DNA of 64,000 nt from Chitinophagaceae bacterium (GTDB taxonomy: Bacteria > Bacteroidota > Bacteroidia > Chitinophagales > Chitinophagaceae): the NCBI GenBank assembly GCA_041740575.1, contig JBGSLS010000033.1:96529-160528 (forward strand). The letters run 5' to 3'. Below the pieces are notes generated by a model. The model saw only the letters and a program-made list of their open reading frames with translations. It searched no databases and was not told where the DNA came from. Position 1 is the first letter of the stretch. Every line of letters begins with the position of its first letter. Below, one piece after another: positions 38,400-46,542 of this stretch. The translations under genes and the position numbers were made by a program.

Positions 38400-40025
38400 T
38401 TACCTTAAATACAAAACACCCCTCCCACCCCTGTTTGAAGCCCTTGCGGTAGGGGTAAATCCCGCACTGCGGTCGGATATTGAAAGATAGCTTGCTGGAT
38501 CGCCAATAGCACCACCCCTAAATCTTATACCACCCGAACTTGTGACTTCGCAAGTTCCACTACAGGTGGTGTTTGCTGCAACGTTAAGATTACCTTCCAT
38601 TCCCGGCCAATAACCAGGCCCCCCTACCGAAAGTTGTGCATTGCCCAGTGGAGAAATGGACCCATTACCATTGGGAACATAACGACAGGACCTACCAGCC
38701 TGTGAACCTAGGGATATACAATATTCAGGCATGTTACCACTCAATTCCATCACGCCAAAATAGGATGCCCCGCTCGTGACACGATTAGAAACCGCAGTAG
38801 CAAAAATCCCACTGCGCAAAGGGCCATTGACTGATGTTAAATTATAGGCTGCATTACCCAATACAGGTGATGCATTACTTGCCACTTCAGATGCCGAAGC
38901 GCCACCACTGAGCGTGTAAGTTGAAGCAAAAATGGTATTGGTTCCCCACGCGTATTCGCCCAACACTGCCGCATTGCCACCTGCAGATGAATTACCCCGG
39001 CACATGCGCTCAAACTGTAATTCACTCATAGGCGCAAGTCCGCTCCAATCAAGAAAAGCAGCCACATCGGGCCATGATAAAAAATTACAAGCCACCCACT
39101 CCCCATCTGCAGCTTCGTTAAAGATATTGTTGTTATTGGCATCGCACCCATAAACCGCCGCTGTATTGGCGGTGGAAGGGGATGCTACCTCAATAAAATT
39201 CCTGAAACTCCCCCCACTTAAGGCACTTGTTCCAGAAGAACTCGTAGTTGCAACACTGGTGCGGGTAGTTTGTTGAATAGCATCTAATGTATTCAAAAAA
39301 TCCCGGTATCCTGCCTGATTTATCTCGTACTTCATACACCAAAGCGCCTTCATAGTAGGAAAAGGATCCAACGTGCCTATCGGATTGGTTGTTTGGATGG
39401 TATCGGTGCTGTACACGTAAATGCCATCTGCTTCCAACTCTGCATCATCAAACCCGTTTGCATCACACTTCATTGGCAACACACTATTATTGGTAGCCAC
39501 GTTATTGGTATAATGTAACGCATTTACTGATTCTGAAATACCGTTGCCATCCCCAAATACCGGCCTTGACCCAATAGGTGCAGGAACATAAACCATTTCC
39601 AGCGCAAATCCTTTAACATCAATATTATAGGGAAGGTTATTGATAACGCCAAGTTGAATGCCTGTAACAGAAGCATTGCCAACCCCCATATTGCCCGCTT
39701 CCCGATAGATCATGGCACCAACTTTATTAGATCCGGCATTCTGGAAAACATCAAAGCCATTAGGGATACTATTATTGATACCTGTCAGGTTCATGTGTAC
39801 CCAATCGCCATCAAGGTTTTTATACTTAAAAAACACCCATACACCGTCGTAGTTGGCGGGGCCTACATTGGTTCGCCAACTATTTTCCCAACTAAGATCA
39901 AATTTTACCATTATAAGGCCGGGGCCGTTGTTTACAATAGAAAGATTGGTCATCTGTACATTGTTGGCAAAAACAGCTCCTGATGCTGACAGAATGAAGA
40001 AAAACAGGTAAATAATGCTGCGCAT
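38400..40025 (-). CDS. Secreted FGE-sulfatase / C-type-lectin-fold protein (SUMF1/EgtB/PvdO-like) with an N-terminal Ig-like domain
   Basis: Signal peptide, FDLSWENSWR, YEINQAGYRDFLN, GVMELSGNMPEY and terminal RGG...RGGRG. Confidence 0.72.
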   Translation of the reverse strand: MRSIIYLFFFILSASGAVFANNVQMTNLSIVNNGPGLIMVKFDLSWENSWRTNVGPANYDGVWVFFKYKNLDGDWVHMNLTGINNSIPNGFDVFQNAGSNKVGAMIYREAGNMGVGNASVTGIQLGVINNLPYNIDVKGFALEMVYVPAPIGSRPVFGDGNGISESVNALHYTNNVATNNSVLPMKCDANGFDDAELEADGIYVYSTDTIQTTNPIGTLDPFPTMKALWCMKYEINQAGYRDFLNTLDAIQQTTRTSVATTSSSGTSALSGGSFRNFIEVASPSTANTAAVYGCDANNNNIFNEAADGEWVACNFLSWPDVAAFLDWSGLAPMSELQFERMCRGNSSAGGNAAVLGEYAWGTNTIFASTYTLSGGASASEVASNASPVLGNAAYNLTSVNGPLRSGIFATAVSNRVTSGASYFGVMELSGNMPEYCISLGSQAGRSCRYVPNGNGSISPLGNAQLSVGGPGYWPGMEGNLNVAANTTCSGTCEVTSSGGIRFRGGAIGDPASYLSISDRSAGFTPTARASNRGGRGVLYLR

Positions 40026-40067
40026 GTTTTAAAGTATAAAAGCTTAAAAAAATAGGTTTCTCAAAAC

Positions 40068-40802
40068 TTATTGAAGATTGTTTATAATGAAAGTCTTACT
40101 GTTTACTACTGTAATTTTCGACCCCGGAGCCAGCAGTTGCGGCACATTTAAAATACAATTACCACCTGTTGGGTTTATCAGTATTTCAGCCCCTGCCGGA
40201 AGCGGAGATGGCGGTACAAGGTTGTTTTTCCAGTTGGAAGGGACATTCCAGTTGCCCGAACCGGTAAACTCAAATATTAATGACGAAGTATAAATGGTTG
40301 AATGCCAGCCATCGTTTGTGCCACCGGTATAAATATTCAGGGTTTGGTTTTGCCCGCTTTTTACCATAATGCTATACCCATCGCCGGCACCACCGGCATA
40401 AATGCCAGGCAAAATATTTTGCAGGTTTTGGATACTGATAGCAAATCCATCGGCCGGCCCGCCTGCATAAATACCCGGTAAGGCATTTTGCAATAAATTC
40501 ATTACCAAACTAAACCCATCATTATTACCACCACTATAAATCCCGGGAACTGGATTGTTTCCAATAGATGAAACTACATGATGGCCGTCATTAGGACCGC
40601 CTGTATATAAACCTGGAACAGCATTTTGATTTATGGCAAGCACCTGGCCGATGCCATCATGGGAGCCTCCCTTAAAAATATTTGGCAAAGGATTTTCTAA
40701 AGCCGAAACCGCCCTGGAGTAACCGTCGTTACCACCCCCAAGGTATTGTGCATGCACACCATGGGCAAAAAATAATAAGGTGAAAATTACCGGAATTCTC
40801 AT
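40068..40802 (-). CDS. Secreted protein with seven 23-aa YxGGxxDG repeats and an unnamed C-terminal module
   Basis: Signal peptide (19 aa), exact 23-aa periodicity, then a 70-aa tail. Lies 42 bp upstream of and co-oriented with the FGE-like gene. Confidence 0.75.
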   Translation of the reverse strand: MRIPVIFTLLFFAHGVHAQYLGGGNDGYSRAVSALENPLPNIFKGGSHDGIGQVLAINQNAVPGLYTGGPNDGHHVVSSIGNNPVPGIYSGGNNDGFSLVMNLLQNALPGIYAGGPADGFAISIQNLQNILPGIYAGGAGDGYSIMVKSGQNQTLNIYTGGTNDGWHSTIYTSSLIFEFTGSGNWNVPSNWKNNLVPPSPLPAGAEILINPTGGNCILNVPQLLAPGSKITVVNSKTFIINNLQ

Positions 40803-40913
40803 GTAGGCGTATATTAACCTTCAAAATGGAGGAACTAATATACATAGTATTTCTAATAACAAATAAAAAGTTGATATAAGACGCAGGTTGTTGGATATGT
40901 TTGGTTGGGGTAC

Positions 40914-42755
40914 TTACACCATTTGCATGGCTTCATTAATCACCCTTACCGGTTCTCTCATTTCATACTTTACATTCAAAATATACAAGTCAAGAACTGC
41001 CCCATCCAATGCATTTAAAAATTCTGTTCTTTCGGCTTGCGGAATGCCAGGTAAATAGCGGTAATATGTAATTCCCTCATTCAGGTTTTTAAAGAAGGAA
41101 ACATAGTATTTTTTCTTCTTAAGTAATTGACCCGAAAAGTTATCAGCTTCCAATTGTTCTTTCAGGTAATCCATATATAAATTCAGCTCTGCAATAAACA
41201 TGTGCGGCCGGTCGGGATTTGTAAGAATATTGATTCTGCCATAAATATGATCTGTCATGGTTTGCAGCGAAACCACTTTTGAAAAGTTGGCGATATTGGG
41301 CCCGGGGCAAATATTTACCGCAGGCAGGTTGTGGAGAAAGGTTTCTTCATATGTAATGGCGGCTGCATTGCTAAGGCCAACGCAAAGACATTCTTTTTCC
41401 AACACATCATTTAACTGGCTTTCGTATTCCGGTTGCGGCAGATTAAGCGATAGCAGTTGTGCTATTTTCAGCTTTTGATATTTATGCGAAGCGGTGCAAA
41501 TAGGTTCGGTAGTAAATTCTGTATTGAAAGCCAAATGCTTTTCGGTACAGGGGCTGCCGGGTTTTCCTTTTATAATGCGCAATGCTCTTTCATGATCAGA
41601 TGTGGTGTCTTTCAGGTAAAAAAACCTGATGCCTAATGGAGATTTATTGCTGAGTACTACATCCTTCTCTTTTGCTGCAGATAATAATTGCAGCGTAGCA
41701 TCATCAACGGTAGTGGCTTCGGGCACCAATAAAAAAGGTGTACCCCAACCTGTGCTATCCATTCCATAATGGGTAAGCAGCAGTTCTGATTCTTCATAAG
41801 TACCAATGCCACCTTGAACAGTAAAAATCAGGGCTGGTGATTTACTAACTTTTGCTTTGCCCTTGCTTTCCAATGCAGCACTATAAATTTCAAAAAGTGT
41901 GTCGATAAGTTGCTGACGATTGGTTTTAAATTCTTCTAGTATGGTACCCAATAAAAATCCATCCGTTGCAAATGCATGCCCACCGCAATTAAGTCCAGAT
42001 TCAATCCTGAATTCACTTACCCAAATACCCTTTTTGGCAAGGTATTTTCCCTGTATTAAAGCGGAACGGTAATCACTTACTTTTACCACTACTTTTTTTG
42101 TAAAAACGCCTTCAACATTCATATCAAACGCATTCAGCTTTTCCATGTAGTTAAACAAACGCGGATTTAAACCTGCCGATAAAATAACTGATGAGTTCGT
42201 AAGGTTGCTATTGGCATATCCCCTGATAGCGGCAACTGCATCCGATGTATCTTCCAGTATATTACCTTCTATATCAACCACATTACGGTCAACCTTGGTC
42301 ATGATATTTACATCAATACTACCCGGTTTCATGTGCCTGCGTAAAATAAATTCAAGCCTGTTTCGCTTTTGCTCGTCCGTTGTCTGCATCAATTGCATAT
42401 ATAAATGCTTTAAGGTGCTATCATCAGGCAGCATTTCAAAATATTTACTTATTTCGCTGCCGGTTTCAAAAGCGCTTTGTCTTAGGTCTTCAAACTGCTC
42501 CTTTACGATTTGGTTTACCAGGTTAAGGTAATCGGTAATCCTTTTAGCTCTGTAATCATCTTCTATTGTTTCAATAGGAACATATGCTTTGTTGGTAAGC
42601 GGAAAATAATGCTTACGCATCATTTCAATCAGCCTGTCTTCTACAATGGAGATAACGGATGAAATACCAAACCTTGCCACTTTAATGGGGCTGTCAATCG
42701 TGTACGAAAGTCCCATTACAGGGATATGAAACGTATGAAGTGGTGAATGATTCAT
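40914..42755 (-). CDS. Conserved hypothetical protein, putative FMN-dependent TIM-barrel oxidoreductase (NMO/FabK/FabX-like)
   Basis: RIESGLNCGGHAF, VQGGIG and GWGTPFLLVPE resemble NMO-family FMN-binding motifs; C-terminal Cys cluster (GSPC, PICT, ECLC, CPGPN). Confidence 0.6.
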   Translation of the reverse strand: MNHSPLHTFHIPVMGLSYTIDSPIKVARFGISSVISIVEDRLIEMMRKHYFPLTNKAYVPIETIEDDYRAKRITDYLNLVNQIVKEQFEDLRQSAFETGSEISKYFEMLPDDSTLKHLYMQLMQTTDEQKRNRLEFILRRHMKPGSIDVNIMTKVDRNVVDIEGNILEDTSDAVAAIRGYANSNLTNSSVILSAGLNPRLFNYMEKLNAFDMNVEGVFTKKVVVKVSDYRSALIQGKYLAKKGIWVSEFRIESGLNCGGHAFATDGFLLGTILEEFKTNRQQLIDTLFEIYSAALESKGKAKVSKSPALIFTVQGGIGTYEESELLLTHYGMDSTGWGTPFLLVPEATTVDDATLQLLSAAKEKDVVLSNKSPLGIRFFYLKDTTSDHERALRIIKGKPGSPCTEKHLAFNTEFTTEPICTASHKYQKLKIAQLLSLNLPQPEYESQLNDVLEKECLCVGLSNAAAITYEETFLHNLPAVNICPGPNIANFSKVVSLQTMTDHIYGRINILTNPDRPHMFIAELNLYMDYLKEQLEADNFSGQLLKKKKYYVSFFKNLNEGITYYRYLPGIPQAERTEFLNALDGAVLDLYILNVKYEMREPVRVINEAMQMV

Positions 42756-42759
42756 TTGG

Positions 42760-42794
42760 CAAATATAAATAATAAAGGATAGTTTTGTCCTTAA
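42760..42794 (-). promoter_or_regulatory. Promoter of the 613-aa gene overlapped by a probable Rrf2 operator
   Basis: TATATTTG (minus strand, 42760-42767) 4 nt before the ATG; near-palindrome AAGGATA-GTTT-TGTCCTT at 42775-42792. Confidence 0.65.
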
Positions 42795-42828
42795 TTATTT
42801 CAGATAACATACTTTTCCGGTCAAATTC

Positions 42829-42872
42829 GAGCAACCTCTCTGCATGCGACCGATAGGAGCATGCAGGACGTT
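42829..42872 (+). repeat. 44-nt REP-like hairpin repeat, copy 2
   Basis: GAGCAAccTCT-CTGCATGC-gaccgatagga-GCATGCAG-gacgtt, with a compensatory change in the stem. Confidence 0.7.
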
Positions 42873-42950
42873 GCGACGCAAAGCCGGCATGGATGGGTTG
42901 ATAATCAGCGCCTCCGGATGGAAGTAATTGGCTATTTTGCCATCAAATTT

Positions 42951-42994
42951 GAGCAATATCTCTGCCTGCTACCGATATGAGCAGGCAGGGGGTT
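42951..42994 (+). repeat. 44-nt REP-like hairpin repeat, copy 3
   Basis: GAGCAAtaTCT-CTGCCTGC-taccgatatga-GCAGGCAG-ggggtt. Confidence 0.7.
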
Positions 42995-43015
42995 GCGACT
43001 CAAACAACCACAGCG

Positions 43016-43468
43016 ATGTTTTCCAAATCAACCGAATACGCACTCAGGGCAGTCATCTTTATCGGGCAAAAAGGCTCGGAGGGGAAGAAACTCGGTATTC
43101 CTGAAATTGCTGCTGCCATTGGTTCGCCCCCGCAGTTTACGGCTAAAATATTGCAGCTATTAACCAAAAACAGCCAGGTGGTAAGTTCGGTAAGAGGACC
43201 CAATGGCGGATTTTTTCTTACCGAAGCCGCTAAGAACCTGCCGGTAAAGGCCATCCTTGCATCTACCGGGGAAGAAAATGTGCTTACCAAATGTGTGCTA
43301 GGTCTTTATCAATGTTCGGAAGTAAACCCCTGCCCTATGCATAATGATTATAAATCAATAAGAAGGCAAATGATACAATTGTTTGAAACAAAAACGATAC
43401 GCGAACTAGCGGAAGAGACGGATAACGGAAAAGTACTTATTAATGATATGGGGAAGCAAGTCTACTAA
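43016..43468 (+). CDS. Rrf2 family transcriptional regulator (3-Cys, probably Fe-S binding)
   Basis: MFSKSTEYALRA, SVRGPNGGFFL and CVLGLYQCSEVNPCPMH. Start ATG 43016; the 42977 ATG lies inside repeat copy 3. Confidence 0.9.
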   Translation: MFSKSTEYALRAVIFIGQKGSEGKKLGIPEIAAAIGSPPQFTAKILQLLTKNSQVVSSVRGPNGGFFLTEAAKNLPVKAILASTGEENVLTKCVLGLYQCSEVNPCPMHNDYKSIRRQMIQLFETKTIRELAEETDNGKVLINDMGKQVY

Positions 43469-43854
43469 TCAGAAAGCAAGAATTAAAGCAAAAACCATCT
43501 ATCTTATTAGCATTTTCAAACACATTACATCATCATCGTTTTTAACCCTGCGAATATTAAAATCCCCAAAACCATTATTATGTAGCAAAAACCAAATATT
43601 GAAGCATTTTAAACAAAATAAATGAAATCTAAAGGTATACTGAACTGTAATTTTATATTTCAAAAGTCGATTTATTTTTGGGAACCAAAAGCGAATGCTT
43701 GTAAACTCAATTGGTAGGGTTTTATAACTATTCAAAACAAAAGCAGGTGGACAAACCAGGGATTTTGAAAAATTAACACAAACCTGATAATTTAATATTT
43801 AGCAGCGTTACGAATGCATTTACACCACATTCTTTAACTTCAAATACAAACAAA

Positions 43855-44187
43855 ATGGGAAAATTTGCCATTACGAAACGTAAAAACGATGAATATCAGT
43901 TTAATCTAAAAGCTGTTAATGGACTGACGATACTTAGCAGTGAAGGCTATTCATCAAAAGCCGGCTGTGATAATGGTATCGAATCTGTTCGAAAAAATTC
44001 GCAGGACGCCAGTAAGTATGACCTGAAGACTTCAACCAATGGAAAATTATATTTCAATCTGAAAGCGACCAACGGCCAAATAATTGGAACTAGTGAAATG
44101 TACGAAACCGAATCATCACGGGATAGTGGCATTTTATCCGTTAAAACAAATGCTTTAGATGCCGAGGTTGAAGATCAAACAGCGTAA
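43855..44187 (+). CDS. yegP: YegP family protein (two DUF1508 repeats)
   Basis: FNLKAVNGLTILSSEGY / FNLKATNGQIIGTSEMY internal duplication. Confidence 0.9.
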   Translation: MGKFAITKRKNDEYQFNLKAVNGLTILSSEGYSSKAGCDNGIESVRKNSQDASKYDLKTSTNGKLYFNLKATNGQIIGTSEMYETESSRDSGILSVKTNALDAEVEDQTA

Positions 44188-44297
44188 CATCAATGCTAGC
44201 GCCATAGTTACCAGCGCCTGAAAAGTAATTTATTTGAATTTTAAATGATGCAGGCCTGTAACAAAAGAAAAACGTAATAATTATTTCTATAGAAATA

Positions 44298-44335
44298 AAA
44301 AAGGGAGTGTACGCAAAATTGTGCTCTCCCTTTTT
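44298..44335. terminator. Bidirectional terminator
   Basis: AAAAAGGGAG...CTCCCTTTTT between convergent yegP and the desaturase. Confidence 0.7.
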
Positions 44336-44354
44336 ACAAACTTGTAAAATTTCT

Positions 44355-45104
44355 TTAGTGATTATGCGCCTTCACCGGTTTCAGCTTAATGATATGTAAT
44401 GCATTCATCATCCGCATGATGGTATAAGTAGGATCCCATTCAAACCACTTTTGCGCAAAGTTGGCCGACTTGCCATATTTGTGGTGATTGTTTTGAAATA
44501 ATTCCCCCATCAGGAAAATACCCCATGGCTCCGAATTCTTTGAATGGTCGCCGTTTTTATAATTGGCATAACCATATTTATGTCCGCACCAGTTTACAAT
44601 AGCGCCTTGTACAGGACCCATTAAAAAGTGAATGGGTAGCAACAAATACCACCAGGCACTTGGTGCGAAGTAGATGTAGAAAGCGGTATAGCCAAGTCCG
44701 AATGCTATACGCACCCAAATGCTGTCTCCCAGCTTATCCATTTTTTGCCAGATAGGGAGGTATTCTTCGGTAAATTCCTTTTCTACGGTAAGTTTATTGT
44801 TCAGGAATGCATTGTAAATGTTACGGGTATGTACCATCATGCCCCATACATCTTTAAAGAAATGCGGGCTATGCGGATCGCGCTCGGTATCGCTGAAAGC
44901 ATGGTGCATACGGTGCATAACCGCATAGGCGCGGGGCACCAGGTAGCTCGATCCCTGGCTGAACCAGGTAAGAAAGTAGAACAACTTTTCACGCTTTTTA
45001 CCCGTGGTGTACATCTGATGCGATGCATACCTATGAAGGAAAAACGTATGGAAAAACAAGGACAGGAACCAATGCGAGAAAAAGAAAATCAAAATTGCAA
45101 TCAT
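44355..45104 (-). CDS. Membrane acyl-CoA / fatty acid desaturase
   Basis: Three His boxes: HRYASH, HRMHH and QNNHH. Confidence 0.9.
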   Translation of the reverse strand: MIAILIFFFSHWFLSLFFHTFFLHRYASHQMYTTGKKREKLFYFLTWFSQGSSYLVPRAYAVMHRMHHAFSDTERDPHSPHFFKDVWGMMVHTRNIYNAFLNNKLTVEKEFTEEYLPIWQKMDKLGDSIWVRIAFGLGYTAFYIYFAPSAWWYLLLPIHFLMGPVQGAIVNWCGHKYGYANYKNGDHSKNSEPWGIFLMGELFQNNHHKYGKSANFAQKWFEWDPTYTIMRMMNALHIIKLKPVKAHNH

Positions 45105-45508
45105 TTTTGAATTTTATTAAAGATGTAAAAGTACCAAATAGAGCAACAAATGGAGTAGTTTGTTCAAAGCGTGACATAATTTAACCTTTAAACGCTCACT
45201 AAAATCCATTTTTAGAGTGGACTAAAAATGACAAATTATCGTTCAAATTTGCCAAGTTCTAACTAAATCACTGGTTGCTCTGAAGAATTTATGTTCCATA
45301 CTAACACTTAGATTAATTTTTATTTATGTTTGAAAATTCTACTTAAGGTTTCTGCCGGTCGATACTAAATGGTGTAACCATTACTGACTAATTTCACTAT
45401 TCTGCATAATGCAAGCCTTTTAGAAATTAAAGATATAATCTTGCAGTCATACCATTGAATTGATAAAAGTATCCATACATTTACCTTTTTATTTTAATTA
45501 TAATTATT

Positions 45509-46489
45509 ATGGAATTAAATTACCAAAACTTTCTGGCGATATATCAAAAGGTACCGGTAGAAATATTTCCAAATAATGTACCTGATAATCCTTTGATTTC
45601 CATAAGTGTGCCTACTTATCAGCATAAGGATATGATTGCAAAATGTTTAGACGGTATACTTATGCAAAAAACCCGATATCCATTTGAAATCCTTTTAGGC
45701 GATGATGCATCTACAGATGGTACTCGTGAAACTTGTATAGCATATGCACAAAAATATCCAGATAAAATAAAACTTTTTTTGCATAGCAGGGACAATAATA
45801 TAAAAATAAGCGGTAAGCCTACTGGAAGATTTAATGCATTATATAATATCTATAATTCCAAGGGGAAATATTTAGCGTTATGTGAAGGAGATGATTACTG
45901 GACTGATTCAACTAAATTGGAAAAGCAAGTGAGTTTTCTTGAGGAAAATCCGAAATATGTACTTACTTACCATAGATGGATAAATTATGAATTCAATAGT
46001 AATCCCCCGATATTTCATAAAGAAAGTGAATCTCATCAAACATTGACGCTTTGTTTCAGAAATGTTGTAAAATCTTTTCCTATAGAAGTAAATGAATCTA
46101 CCAATTTTGATGTATTCATAAAATACCTACTCAGGGAACATGGTGACTTTAAATTTATAAAAGATATTGAACCAGCTGTAAGAACCCTGCATTCCGGTGG
46201 AATATGGAGCCCTTTAAAGGCGCTGGATAGGCTTCCTTTACGACTAAAAACAGATGAACTCCTCCTGAAAATATTTATGGGAAAGCCACTTGAACAAAGC
46301 TTAAGAGTTAAAATACTAAGGCTTAAAATGCGAATAGAGGTGGAGAAAATGAAAAAACAAAATATAAAGGGGAAATTAAAATCCGCGCTGAAAATAGTTA
46401 AACTTACCACCATAGAAAATAAGCCTGTTGTTACTTATCATGCACTTCGGATATTTAGAAATGAAGTAAAACAAAAATATGATTTCTAA
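45509..46489 (+). CDS. Glycosyltransferase family 2
   Basis: LISISVPTYQH, DDASTDGT, GKYLALCEGDDYW; strongly AT-rich. Confidence 0.88.
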   Translation: MELNYQNFLAIYQKVPVEIFPNNVPDNPLISISVPTYQHKDMIAKCLDGILMQKTRYPFEILLGDDASTDGTRETCIAYAQKYPDKIKLFLHSRDNNIKISGKPTGRFNALYNIYNSKGKYLALCEGDDYWTDSTKLEKQVSFLEENPKYVLTYHRWINYEFNSNPPIFHKESESHQTLTLCFRNVVKSFPIEVNESTNFDVFIKYLLREHGDFKFIKDIEPAVRTLHSGGIWSPLKALDRLPLRLKTDELLLKIFMGKPLEQSLRVKILRLKMRIEVEKMKKQNIKGKLKSALKIVKLTTIENKPVVTYHALRIFRNEVKQKYDF

Positions 46490-46542
46490 ATTATTAAGAA
46501 TAGCATCTATGTAAAAATATATTATTTTAATAAATAATATTA

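Noticed and set aside
38400-38700. FGE/C-type-lectin C-terminus as a diversity-generating retroelement target
   Set aside because: I saw no template repeat differing at adenines and no reverse transcriptase in the window; a remote DGR cannot be excluded.
42829-42994. 44-nt repeats as a CRISPR mini-array
   Set aside because: Only two adjacent, non-identical copies with a 78-nt gap, a third copy 4.5 kb away, and no cas genes.
43499-43735. 78-aa minus-strand ORF ending HNNGFGDFNIRRVKNDDDVMCLKMLIR
   Set aside because: Faint resemblance to the end of DUF5655-type domains suggests a possible gene remnant, but the start is poor, the DNA is AT-rich and the match too weak to call.
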